64,000 bases of DNA, taken from the IMG/VR virus record IMGVR_UViG_3300045988_162908; one strand, written 5' to 3'. Position numbers and translations under genes: made by a program. The notes beneath the pieces are model-generated. The model saw only the letters and a list, made by a program, of their open reading frames with translations. It searched no databases and was not told the DNA's origin. The stretch comes from a virus. Every line of letters begins with the position of its first letter. Position 1 is the stretch's first letter. Below are positions 9,369 through 16,794 of the stretch, piece after piece.

Positions 9369-9604
9369 AAAGACTGTTTACCCTCAACAGGCGAGACTGG
9401 ATAGGTCTTGCTTGTTGGTTTCTCTTGAGTGTGCTGATAGGCATCATAGCCCTTCCGCTGATGATTTGGCGGGAGATTTATCAGTACGACAAATATCAGC
9501 TTCCCCGCTTTGAGTGGGAAGATATAGTGAGATATTCGCTTGTCATCATCATCGGTAGCGTAGTTAATTATTGGTTATTAGATTTGTTATTATGCAGATA
9601 TTGA
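9362..9604 (+). CDS. small two-TM protein, holin-like
   Basis: ATG at 9362 (MLKRLFTL...) overlaps the upstream stop. Two hydrophobic helices. It sits immediately 5' of the putative wall hydrolase. Confidence 0.4.
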   Translation: MLKRLFTLNRRDWIGLACWFLLSVLIGIIALPLMIWREIYQYDKYQLPRFEWEDIVRYSLVIIIGSVVNYWLLDLLLCRY

Positions 9605-10026
9605 TAGATAGAAAATGGAAGAAGGAGGGTTACACCATCAGCAAGGTGTATGTAGATGGCGAGGATTTCCACTGCAATTGCCTTGAGGACACCGACCGTG
9701 GATTGTATCAGGGCATGAGTACCGCGGACGTGCTGGCTGTAAAGGAAAAAGGCAAGACTGCCATTCCGAGAGGCACCTACCATGTGATCTACACCTATTC
9801 CCCTCGTTTCAAGCGCCGCCTGCCCCTATTAGAGAATGTCACTGGCTTTGCGGGCATCCGCATCCACCCCGGCAATTCGGCCAAGGACACCGAGGGCTGC
9901 CTGCTTTTTGGCAAGAACGACAAGGTGGGATGGCTCAGCGACTCAAAGCTTTGGACCCTTCGCATCATCGAGAAGATGAAGGAGGCTTGGGAACGCAAGG
10001 AGAAAGTCGTAATCACAATCCAATAA
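9592..10026 (+). CDS. putative cell-wall hydrolase / endolysin candidate (YkuD-like H...GC motif)
   Basis: MQILIDRKW... The motif IRIHPGNSAKDTEGCLLFG resembles the His/Gly-Cys catalytic site of L,D-transpeptidase-fold enzymes. It follows two membrane proteins. Confidence 0.4.
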   Translation: MQILIDRKWKKEGYTISKVYVDGEDFHCNCLEDTDRGLYQGMSTADVLAVKEKGKTAIPRGTYHVIYTYSPRFKRRLPLLENVTGFAGIRIHPGNSAKDTEGCLLFGKNDKVGWLSDSKLWTLRIIEKMKEAWERKEKVVITIQ

Positions 10027-10208
10027 AGGTAAAAAAGTAAAAAAGTAAAAAAGTAAAAAGAGCATTTTTGCTCCAAGATGGACTTTTAAAAGTAAAAGGT
10101 AAAAAGGTAAAAATGGCAGGGATATATATTGCCCTACTGATTTTTTACCTTTTTACCTTTTTACTCTTTTACCTTTTTACCTTTAAAAGGCTCTTTTTAC
10201 TTTTAAAA
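10027..10208. repeat. GTAAAAAG-type dispersed repeat complex (two forward arms plus an inverted arm)
   Basis: Forward arms AAAGGTAAAAAAGTAAAAAAGTAAAAAAGTAAAAAGAGCATTTTTGCT (10027-10073) and AAAAGTAAAAGGTAAAAAGGTAAAAA (10087-10113). Inverted arm TTTTTTACCTTTTTACCTTTTTACTCTTTTACCTTTTTACC (10141-10185). Confidence 0.9.
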
Positions 10209-11031
10209 TAGCGCTTCTGTTTTTGCGCCAAATGGCAGCCATATAGCCATTTTTCTCATTATAGAATTTCACATCGAGGCCATCCGAATTGATGTAGTAG
10301 AGACTGACCACATTTCCTTCTGTGATATAGCCGTTGATGGTAGCTTTTCCGTTCTTGGTAGTATAGGTAGTAGTGAAATCCCACAAGCCTTCCACCACCA
10401 TGTGCATTGTTCCATCCTCATTAAAGGTCATAGAAGCTACGTGGTTCTTTCCAGTTGCATGATCTGTTACCAGAGCATACCATGTGCCACGTAGTGCCAT
10501 ATCATGATCCGTAGCATCTGAAATATCATCCATCTTTTTGCCACAACTTAGTCTGCATTCATTTCCGTTGGCAAATGAGCCTACGATGAATGGGCGCTGG
10601 TCGATATTGATAGAAGTTCCGCTACCAGTTAATGTGTTGTTTTCCTCCAAGTGGATGCCGGATAAGTTTCCATTCAGCAGGTTGCTTACATCAAAAGTAG
10701 CCGGACGACCGAGTACAAACTGGGTAGTGAGCTTATCGCCCGTCATCTGCCAGTAGCCAAAGCCGATGTTAGGCTCACCCACGAGTCCACCCGATGTAAA
10801 GCCCGGACTACCCTCGTAATATACCATGTGGTTCTTGTAGTAGGAGTAAGTGCCGTTGGAGGTACCGATACTCCACTCTCTGCCAGCAAGATATTCCTCG
10901 ATATTCACTTTCTCATCATCATCATCACTACTACTGCAGGATGAGAAGGCAGTAGTCATTACGCTCATTGCCATCATAGCACAGAAGGCAAGAATAGAAC
11001 GTCTCAGTTTGTTTTGAATTTCCTGTTTCAT
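10183..11031 (-). CDS. lipoprotein of unknown function (moron-like, opposite strand)
   Basis: Signal peptide plus lipobox (AFSSC SSSDDDDE). 282 aa. It is the only minus-strand gene in this block and is bracketed by GTAAAAAG repeats on both sides. Confidence 0.75.
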   Translation of the reverse strand: MKQEIQNKLRRSILAFCAMMAMSVMTTAFSSCSSSDDDDEKVNIEEYLAGREWSIGTSNGTYSYYKNHMVYYEGSPGFTSGGLVGEPNIGFGYWQMTGDKLTTQFVLGRPATFDVSNLLNGNLSGIHLEENNTLTGSGTSINIDQRPFIVGSFANGNECRLSCGKKMDDISDATDHDMALRGTWYALVTDHATGKNHVASMTFNEDGTMHMVVEGLWDFTTTYTTKNGKATINGYITEGNVVSLYYINSDGLDVKFYNEKNGYMAAIWRKNRSAILKVKRAF

Positions 11032-11074
11032 ATCTTCTTATATTTAGAATGTATTATTTTTTTACCCCTAAAAT

Positions 11075-11123
11075 AGCAAGCCTGTTCTTTTTGCCTTTTT
11101 ACTTTTTTACCTTTTTACCTTTT
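11075..11123. repeat. GTAAAAAG-type dispersed repeat (inverted arm)
   Basis: AGCAAGCCTGTTCTTTTTGCCTTTTTACTTTTTTACCTTTTTACCTTTT. Confidence 0.85.
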
Positions 11124-11152
11124 CCAGTCCCATTGTTTCACGCAGAATTTAT

Positions 11153-11160
11153 TATCTTTG
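11153..11160 (+). promoter_or_regulatory. Bacteroidota -7 promoter box TATCTTTG
   Basis: Exact TAnnTTTG match followed by CA. No clean TTTG -33 element at the usual spacing. Confidence 0.4.
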
Positions 11161-11251
11161 CAGATGAGAAAACTCGGAGCATGATTCCGAGAGATTTCTG
11201 GGTGAAAAATCGGCTTGATATTCGGAAAGCAATACCGAAACCGCGATAGAA

Positions 11252-11284
11252 TATTCATTGACTATTCATTGGCTATTCATTGGC
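11252..11284 (+). repeat. 3 x 11-bp tandem repeat TATTCATTGNC
   Basis: TATTCATTGAC TATTCATTGGC TATTCATTGGC, with a one-helical-turn period. It lies in the ~320-nt leader upstream of the 11478 gene. Confidence 0.8.
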
Positions 11285-11477
11285 CATCCGCAGAGCATTG
11301 TCGAAAGACTAAAGAAAGGCATTCGTTTTAGAAAACTTTTCTTCTGTTCTGTTGCTTTTATGGTTCTTTTCGAGCCTTTGAAAGACGGAATGTTTCACGC
11401 TCACGAAATCTCGCCCACAACAACCCCGTCTCTGTCTCAAAATTTATTTTATTGTACTTTTAAATTATTAAAAAGTT

Positions 11478-12032
11478 ATGGCAAAAGTTAAATTTGCGCC
11501 TGATGTGGAAAGCATATCGGGCAAGCTCTGCTCCAGAAGCGGAGTTATCTATGCTGTCAACAAGCAGACGGGTGTCACACATCGTATGGAACGACATGAG
11601 TATTCTGATGCTAACACCGAAGTGCAGCAGACTCTTCGCAAGACTTTCTCGTCGATGAGCAAGTTAGCCTCCGCTTGGTGGAAAACCAACAAACCATCAG
11701 ACAAGCAGCCGAAAGGCAGCGAAAACTATCAGCTCTTGATGAAGGCTTACAAGAGTCAGCACAAGATTGGCAATCCCTACAGCTATATGCGTGCGCTTGT
11801 GACCGACGACATGAAGGTGAAGTTGGGCGACCTTGACATTACGGGTAGCGTGACCGCAGGTGGCACTGGCTCGCAGGGTGGAAGCCCTTCCACCGGCAAT
11901 AGCGGCTCGCAGACTGCAGGCGGCACTGGCTCGCAGGGTGGAAGCCCTTCCACCGGCAATAGCGGCTCGCAGACTGCAGGCGGCACTGGCTCGCAGGGTG
12001 CAGGCGGCACTGGTGAAGGTGGCGAAGGCTAA
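11478..12032 (+). CDS. hypothetical protein with a G/S/T-rich tandem-repeat C-terminus
   Basis: 184-aa ORF. The C-terminal TAGGTGSQGGSPSTGNSGSQ units are encoded by a 60-bp tandem repeat. Confidence 0.6.
   Translation: MAKVKFAPDVESISGKLCSRSGVIYAVNKQTGVTHRMERHEYSDANTEVQQTLRKTFSSMSKLASAWWKTNKPSDKQPKGSENYQLLMKAYKSQHKIGNPYSYMRALVTDDMKVKLGDLDITGSVTAGGTGSQGGSPSTGNSGSQTAGGTGSQGGSPSTGNSGSQTAGGTGSQGAGGTGEGGEG
11852..12000 (+). repeat. 60-bp tandem repeat, ~2.5 copies, in-frame
   Basis: 11852-11911 differs from 11912-11971 by 2 nt. The partial third copy 11972-12000 is identical to the second. Confidence 0.9.
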
Positions 12033-12052
12033 AATCCTTCTTTTTTTACTTA

Positions 12053-12640
12053 TTAGTCTTCGGGCAATAATACCACCCCTACCCTAACCTTCTGTCCACA
12101 ATGTGGGCAGAAGGTTTCTGCACGCATCATATTGTTTTCGGTACGGATATTGCCGTTTTCGGTACGGATATTGCCGTTTTCGGTACGGATATTGCCGTTT
12201 TCGGTACGATTATCGGCATTTTCCATCGACTTTTCGTCTGCTGTCATCAGTCTCTTTGGGTCGAGAAATTCCATCAATTCATCCACCTCTTCCTTCTTGA
12301 TGCTTGGGTAGGCTTTCTTCACCAAGTACTGCAATCTCAGAGCGAGTGGCGTGCTGATGTTATTTGCATAGTCGATGGCTTCTTTTATTTCCTGCTCCTG
12401 CACCTGCTCCATTTCTCTATCCTGCTTTTCTTTTTCCGCAGCCTCTTCTGCTGGGTCGGGATAGAAAAGGTCGGTGATGTCGCAGCCGATGCCTTCAGCT
12501 ATCTGCATGAGCTTGGCAACGGTAGGATTGCCTTTTATTACCGAGGTCAAACTTTGAGGAGAGAGACCTAATTTTTCGCCAAGTTGAACCTGGGTTATAT
12601 TGTGATCAGATAATGCTCTTTTTATATCTAAATGCTTCAT
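12053..12640 (-). CDS. XRE-family HTH transcriptional regulator (repressor candidate) with a C-terminal repeat and zinc-ribbon-like tail
   Basis: The N-terminus ITQVQLGEKLGLSPQSLTSVIKGNPTVAKLMQIAEGIGCDITDLF is a classic HTH_3. The C-terminus has NGNIRTE x3-4 and then CPHCGQK. It is divergent from a + strand promoter. Confidence 0.8.
   Translation of the reverse strand: MKHLDIKRALSDHNITQVQLGEKLGLSPQSLTSVIKGNPTVAKLMQIAEGIGCDITDLFYPDPAEEAAEKEKQDREMEQVQEQEIKEAIDYANNISTPLALRLQYLVKKAYPSIKKEEVDELMEFLDPKRLMTADEKSMENADNRTENGNIRTENGNIRTENGNIRTENNMMRAETFCPHCGQKVRVGVVLLPED
12131..12223 (-). repeat. 21-bp in-frame tandem repeat (~4 copies) inside the regulator gene
   Basis: GGTACGGATATTGCCGTTTTC at 12140, 12161 and 12182, a degenerate copy at 12203, and a partial copy before 12140. 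Confidence 0.9.
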
Positions 12641-12677
12641 ATTGCTTTATCTTTATTATATTGTAATTTATGTGGTG

Positions 12678-12685
12678 CAAAAGTA
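12678..12685 (-). promoter_or_regulatory. -7 promoter box TACTTTTG for the HTH regulator
   Basis: The reverse complement of CAAAAGTA matches TAnnTTTG, 38 nt upstream of the ATG at 12640. Confidence 0.5.
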
Positions 12686-12756
12686 TAATATATTTTTATA
12701 ACATACAAGTTTTTAGCCTAAAAAATGGTTAAAATAAAGATTTTTATTTAGAAACG

Positions 12757-12788
12757 TTTGGTTGTTTCGAGAAAACTCCTTATCTTTG
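12757..12788 (+). promoter_or_regulatory. Bacteroidota promoter TTTG-N20-TATCTTTG
   Basis: TTTG at 12757 and TATCTTTG at 12781, 24 nt start-to-start. The same spacing recurs at four other promoters in the window. Confidence 0.6.
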
Positions 12789-12795
12789 CACCGTC

Positions 12796-13000
12796 TAAAA
12801 ATAATAAATTCCAAGAATGTATCGAAGTATATCGTTTTGATTGCGATGTAGTTTGATACGGAATGTCGCATAACTATCTAATGTATAAGAAATAGCTGTG
12901 CGCACTCCCTCGCCTACGGTTAATGCCTTGGGCGTGGTTCTTTCTTTGGAATTTAGAACCATTAGACAGAGGGCGAGGCGCACGGCCTTTTATTTTATTC
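12796..13000 (+). ncRNA. candidate ~200-nt structured RNA in the switch region
   Basis: It starts just downstream of the 12781 promoter. A long hairpin pairs GTGCGCACTCCCTCGCC (12898-12914) with GGGCGAGGCGCAC (12971-12983) and encloses GGTTCT...AGAACC. A T-rich run TTTTATTTTATT follows. There is no credible ORF. Confidence 0.3.
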
Positions 13001-13129
13001 GAGATTACGTATCTTATGCTGACGCGATAGAAGTATTCCTATCCCCCATCTCAGTTTTGATATTGTTTCGTATATATATAATGAATGTATGCGCAAATGT
13101 CTAACAATATTTAATAAATTCCAATTTTA

Positions 13130-13321
13130 ATGATGAAAGAAACAACTATTACCCTACCTATGGGTAAAGCTGACCTTCAAGAGGCAGTTACGGCAGTTAT
13201 CGAGCAGCTTGCCACTGCGCCACCCGACACCGAGAGCATGAGTCAAGAGCAGTCCATATCCTATAATATGGGCTTGAGTATCCTTTTTGCGTGTTTGCGC
13301 TCTACTTTTGTGCAAGCATAA
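13130..13321 (+). CDS. hypothetical small protein
   Basis: 63-aa ATG ORF, first in the rightward unit opposite the HTH regulator. Confidence 0.4.
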   Translation: MMKETTITLPMGKADLQEAVTAVIEQLATAPPDTESMSQEQSISYNMGLSILFACLRSTFVQA

Positions 13322-13348
13322 AGTTTCACTTTTAAAGAGATTAAGATT

Positions 13349-13990
13349 ATGAATCAGTTAACTAAGAAAAGTAGTGAGAGTGAGATTAAGGCATACTTCG
13401 AGAGTATTGCTAAGCTGATGCAGAGTAATGAGCAGTTTCCGGTTAACCTGGAAGATGTTTGGCAGTTGGTATATGCCACAAAGAGTAAGGCTGTACAAAC
13501 ACTCAAAAGAAGCGAATTATTTATCGAAGGTATTGATTATCAATCATTAAACCAAAAAGTACAGCGAGAAGTAGGTGGTACAACGAGAGTTGAATATATG
13601 CTTTCAGTTCCTTGCCTTGAGTTTTTTATCGCCCGCAAGGTTCGTCCAGTATTCGAGGTTTACCGCAAGGTATTCCATAAGGTAGTAGATACGGTGCAAT
13701 CAACCACCATTTCCACTTTCCAACCTATCAGTTTCGTTGACAGTTTAGAGCCGCTGGCAGAGCTTAACCGTAGCATCATGGCTCGTTTCAAGCGATTGCA
13801 GGAAATGTCTGGCGGTTGTTCCTGTGTAACCCAGGTATTGAAAGCTTATCGCGAAGGATACCTTATATACCGTGGTTGTATCAGTGACCTCACCTTTTTG
13901 GAAGGAGTAGCCAAGTGTGACGGCGCAGAATATTTGAAGGAATTGAGATATACCGATGGCGATGGTTCTATTCAGATGCCTAAGATATAG
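13349..13990 (+). CDS. antirepressor-like / AntA-type DNA-binding protein
   Basis: FPVNLEDVWQLV...ELFIEGIDYQ...VEYMLSVPCLEFFIARK resembles AntA/KilA-type N-terminal domains of phage antirepressors. Recognised from memory only. Confidence 0.45.
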   Translation: MNQLTKKSSESEIKAYFESIAKLMQSNEQFPVNLEDVWQLVYATKSKAVQTLKRSELFIEGIDYQSLNQKVQREVGGTTRVEYMLSVPCLEFFIARKVRPVFEVYRKVFHKVVDTVQSTTISTFQPISFVDSLEPLAELNRSIMARFKRLQEMSGGCSCVTQVLKAYREGYLIYRGCISDLTFLEGVAKCDGAEYLKELRYTDGDGSIQMPKI

Positions 13991-14003
13991 ACAGAAACAG
14001 AAT

Positions 14004-14031
14004 AGCCCAGAGCAAAAAGCCCTGGGCTTTA
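14004..14031 (+). terminator. intrinsic terminator hairpin
   Basis: AGCCCAG-agcaaaaagc-CTGGGCT followed by TTT, 14 nt after the stop at 13990. Confidence 0.6.
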
Positions 14032-14309
14032 CCATTATATTTATTTAGTTTTTAGCAAGAAAAATCGCAATTTTATCTATATACTTATTTATTTTTAAGA
14101 TAAAAACGTATATTTGAGTATTTTTTACCCATATTTTTAATAAGGATAAGACGTTTTGGTTGATTTCTGAATTATTTTTAAACCCCGATAACGTATTGAA
14201 AATCAAAGTCTTATAAAACAATTATCGTGTTTTCTTCCTCCCGACTGGAGAATATAAATAATTGATATTTAGAGCAATCCGTTCTCTACGATTGTCCCGA
14301 AAACTTTAA

Positions 14310-14463
14310 GTCGCACGGATTAGCCCCGCCGCCCTGAAACGACTCCCTCCTGCCCTCCTGCCTGGGATCGGTTGGGAATATGAGGCCGCCACCAGGAGGT
14401 AGCCCCACCAGCCACCGCCGGAACTCATCCCCCACCAGCCACCAGGAGGTAGCCACCAGCCGT
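14310..14463. other. isolated GC-rich island with internal direct repeats
   Basis: CCACCAGGAGGTAGCC occurs at 14389 and 14439. CCACCAGCCACC occurs at 14405 and 14432. The island sits inside an ~800-bp AT-rich non-coding stretch. Confidence 0.7.
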
Positions 14464-14636
14464 TTAATTTTTCCTTATATATAATAAGGTGTAAACCATA
14501 TAATCAGAATAAAGGTATAGTAATATATCCTTATTAATATAAGCGTATATTTTTTGTGAATAACTGTAAATATAAAGGTATATATTGTTTTTAAACGTTA
14601 AATATAAGGGTAAATCTTTATTTTTTTCGCAAATTG

Positions 14637-14668
14637 TTTGGTGGAATAAAAATATATTATTATCTTTG
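14637..14668 (+). promoter_or_regulatory. Bacteroidota promoter TTTG-N20-TATCTTTG (entry to the small-gene array)
   Basis: TTTG at 14637 and TATCTTTG at 14661. A leader hairpin CGTAAAAC...GTTTTACG follows at 14673-14699. Confidence 0.65.
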
Positions 14669-15056
14669 CAAACGTAAAACAAAAGGTAATAGTTTTACGA
14701 TTGATCTTTGACTTAATTACATATTGTGTGTAACTGCAGGCAGTTACTCAAAATCACAAACGAAATGAAAATATATAATAAGTAGTAAATACTTATTAAT
14801 AAACATATAAGGATTTTTGCCGTTAACCTTCAGGAAACGGCGGGCACTAACAACAGGCTATTATAAAGAATGTAGCGAGCTATTAGGTAGTGTATCTTAT
14901 TACAGGCGCGGGCGTTATTTTATTGCAACGGTAAGAAACGGTAACAACTCAAGCCAAACGAAATACAAAATACATTACATTATAGACGGTGAAAACATTT
15001 AGCTTTTGCAAAAGAGGCAGCTTCTTTTATAGCCACAAATTAAAACAAGAAACATA

Positions 15057-15083
15057 TTATAGAACATTTAAATTTTGAAAATT
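15057..15083 (+). promoter_or_regulatory. class-1 upstream motif
   Basis: TTATAGAACATTTAAATTTTGAAAATT directly 5' of ATG 15084. Confidence 0.5.
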
Positions 15084-15470
15084 ATGAAAAAGAATTCAGT
15101 TATTGCAAAAGTTGCTGCGATTGCAGCATTAAACCCTTCAGGTTTCACCGTTGACGCTGCAACTTTGCAGCCTGTAACAGCCGGTTACGCGGTTGCTATG
15201 AAACAGACACAAAACAGCTTTGGACCTGAAGGTCTGGCAAAGGTTGCAAACACTATCGAGGAGCTCCAGGCCGGCGCCGCAAAGATCGGCTTAAATATAG
15301 ACGGCCGTCTGGCTTTTGGCGGCTGGTATGACTCAGAAAGCGGCCTCTATTATTATGATGCTACTTTGATTTTTCCGGAAAATTGGAAAAAAGAAGCAAT
15401 CGAGGCCGGTCGCGCAAACGAGCAAATAGCAATCTTCGACCTGTCAAACTTGGAGGAGATTCGATTGTAA
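15084..15470 (+). CDS. hypothetical protein
   Basis: ATG preceded by the class-1 motif. The ORF track starts 9 nt earlier at a TTG. 128 aa. Confidence 0.65.
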   Translation: MKKNSVIAKVAAIAALNPSGFTVDAATLQPVTAGYAVAMKQTQNSFGPEGLAKVANTIEELQAGAAKIGLNIDGRLAFGGWYDSESGLYYYDATLIFPENWKKEAIEAGRANEQIAIFDLSNLEEIRL

Positions 15471-15515
15471 TATAAGTTAACGGGGGCCGTTCCTGGCTCC
15501 CTTATTATCCCTTTA

Positions 15516-15544
15516 TTATAGAAACATTTTAAAATTTAGAAATT
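15516..15544 (+). promoter_or_regulatory. class-1 upstream motif
   Basis: TTATAGAAACATTTTAAAATTTAGAAATT directly 5' of ATG 15545. Confidence 0.5.
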
Positions 15545-15982
15545 ATGAAAAATAAAAGATATAATATCAAAACATTTGATTTTGTAGTTAACGGCGAACA
15601 TATTTATTTTACTTGTAGCACTTCAAACACACGAAACGGCTTTTGTCATCATGTTTTTGCATTCGGAGGCGGCAAAGATTATGAGCACTCCCGCGTATCA
15701 TATTATAACCGCACTTGGGAGACCTTCGAGTATGAAACGGCCCTATATCACGCTATAGAGAAGTTTTCTAAAAGTATGCGTGAACCTTTGCGCCTCGAAG
15801 TGGAGGCGCTGGCACTCGATGAACACAAAAAGGCCGAATGCTTTATAAAAGCATTCGAAGCTAATTTTGTCGCATTAAGCGACGAACAAAAGAAATTTGT
15901 GTGTGAACACACACCAGAAATCACAAACAAGGACCAGGCAAAAACCGTTAACGCGGCCGTTGCCATGATGGCGGCGCTATAA
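15545..15982 (+). CDS. hypothetical protein
   Basis: 145-aa ATG ORF after a class-1 motif. Confidence 0.65.
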   Translation: MKNKRYNIKTFDFVVNGEHIYFTCSTSNTRNGFCHHVFAFGGGKDYEHSRVSYYNRTWETFEYETALYHAIEKFSKSMREPLRLEVEALALDEHKKAECFIKAFEANFVALSDEQKKFVCEHTPEITNKDQAKTVNAAVAMMAAL

Positions 15983-15997
15983 TATATTTTAAGGATT

Positions 15998-16050
15998 CCA
16001 GGGTACAAAGGTAGCCAGGCCAACACGGCGGATCATTCCCGCCGGTACCC
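15998..16050 (+). repeat. structured intergenic repeat, partial copy (R_A)
   Basis: GGGTAC-AAAGGTAGCCAGGCC-ACGGCGGATCATTCCCGCCG-GTACCC. It is homologous to the first half of 17085-17180 and 17679-17773. Confidence 0.75.
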
Positions 16051-16055
16051 CCTAT

Positions 16056-16083
16056 TTATAGAACATTTAAAATTTTAGGAATT
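16056..16083 (+). promoter_or_regulatory. class-1 upstream motif
   Basis: TTATAGAACATTTAAAATTTTAGGAATT directly 5' of ATG 16084. Confidence 0.5.
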
Positions 16084-16395
16084 ATGAAAAAGAATTTTGA
16101 TTTTTTTGGTATCATGGCAAAGTTGAAGGCAGTAGCCGCAAAGGTAAAGTTTTTCTTTGCCGTACTCGCAAAGGTAGAAGTTTTTTATTTTTTCCCTGTA
16201 GCCCTGGCGATCGTCTTCTTTGCGGTTGTTATTGATTGCGTTTTTGCACTTGTTTCCGGCGGGTGCCCTAATGTTGCTAAAGCCGTCGAAGGTATTATTA
16301 TTTTCGGCCTTCTGTCTTTTGTTTCCGCTTTCGCGGGTATTGCCTGTATCGCTGCAGATTGGGACTATACAAAGAAAGAAGTGCTAATTAAATAA
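16084..16395 (+). CDS. hypothetical membrane protein
   Basis: 103 aa with three hydrophobic segments. A class-1 motif lies upstream. Confidence 0.6.
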   Translation: MKKNFDFFGIMAKLKAVAAKVKFFFAVLAKVEVFYFFPVALAIVFFAVVIDCVFALVSGGCPNVAKAVEGIIIFGLLSFVSAFAGIACIAADWDYTKKEVLIK

Positions 16396-16447
16396 TATGA
16401 GATAACAGCGAGAAAAGAAAGTATCAATTTTCTAAACATATAACATC

Positions 16448-16639
16448 ATGGCAAAGAAGACAATTAAACAACAGTACGACGAGTTAGCAAAATACGGTGA
16501 ATGTTTCGAGCAAGAAGGTTATGGAGGCTTTGCCCTTGTAATCGACGAAAACGGGGAACGTGCCCTATATAAGGTTTGTTATAACAATACGGAGGAACTT
16601 TGCGCGCGCTGGCAAAAAAATAAAATACACGTGCCCTAA
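16448..16639 (+). CDS. hypothetical small protein
   Basis: 63-aa ATG ORF in the array, with no class-1 motif. Confidence 0.5.
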   Translation: MAKKTIKQQYDELAKYGECFEQEGYGGFALVIDENGERALYKVCYNNTEELCARWQKNKIHVP

Positions 16640-16767
16640 AAAAGAAAATAACTGGCCCCGTCCTTATATCACAATTAAGGGAGTGCGCCACTATCTCGAC
16701 AACTTCATGCGGTGTGCATAAAAGCCCGGTACCCTGAACCTTCCAGGGTACCCACAAAATAACTATA

Positions 16768-16794
16768 TTATAGAATTTTTAAAATATTGAGAAA
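16768..16794 (+). promoter_or_regulatory. class-1 upstream motif
   Basis: TTATAGAATTTTTAAAATATTGAGAAA directly 5' of ATG 16795. It is preceded by the hairpin GGTACCCTG...CAGGGTACC at 16728-16752. Confidence 0.5.

Noticed and set aside
12898-13104. 68-aa ORF in the switch region
   Set aside because: It starts at a GTG inside the 5' arm of a long hairpin, has no supporting motif, and overlaps a terminator-like structure. It is more consistent with non-coding RNA.
14389-14454. Two 16-nt repeats separated by ~34 nt (a mini-CRISPR-like look)
   Set aside because: There are only two copies, interleaved with a second repeat pair. There is no cas context and no leader. Kept only as an unexplained GC island.
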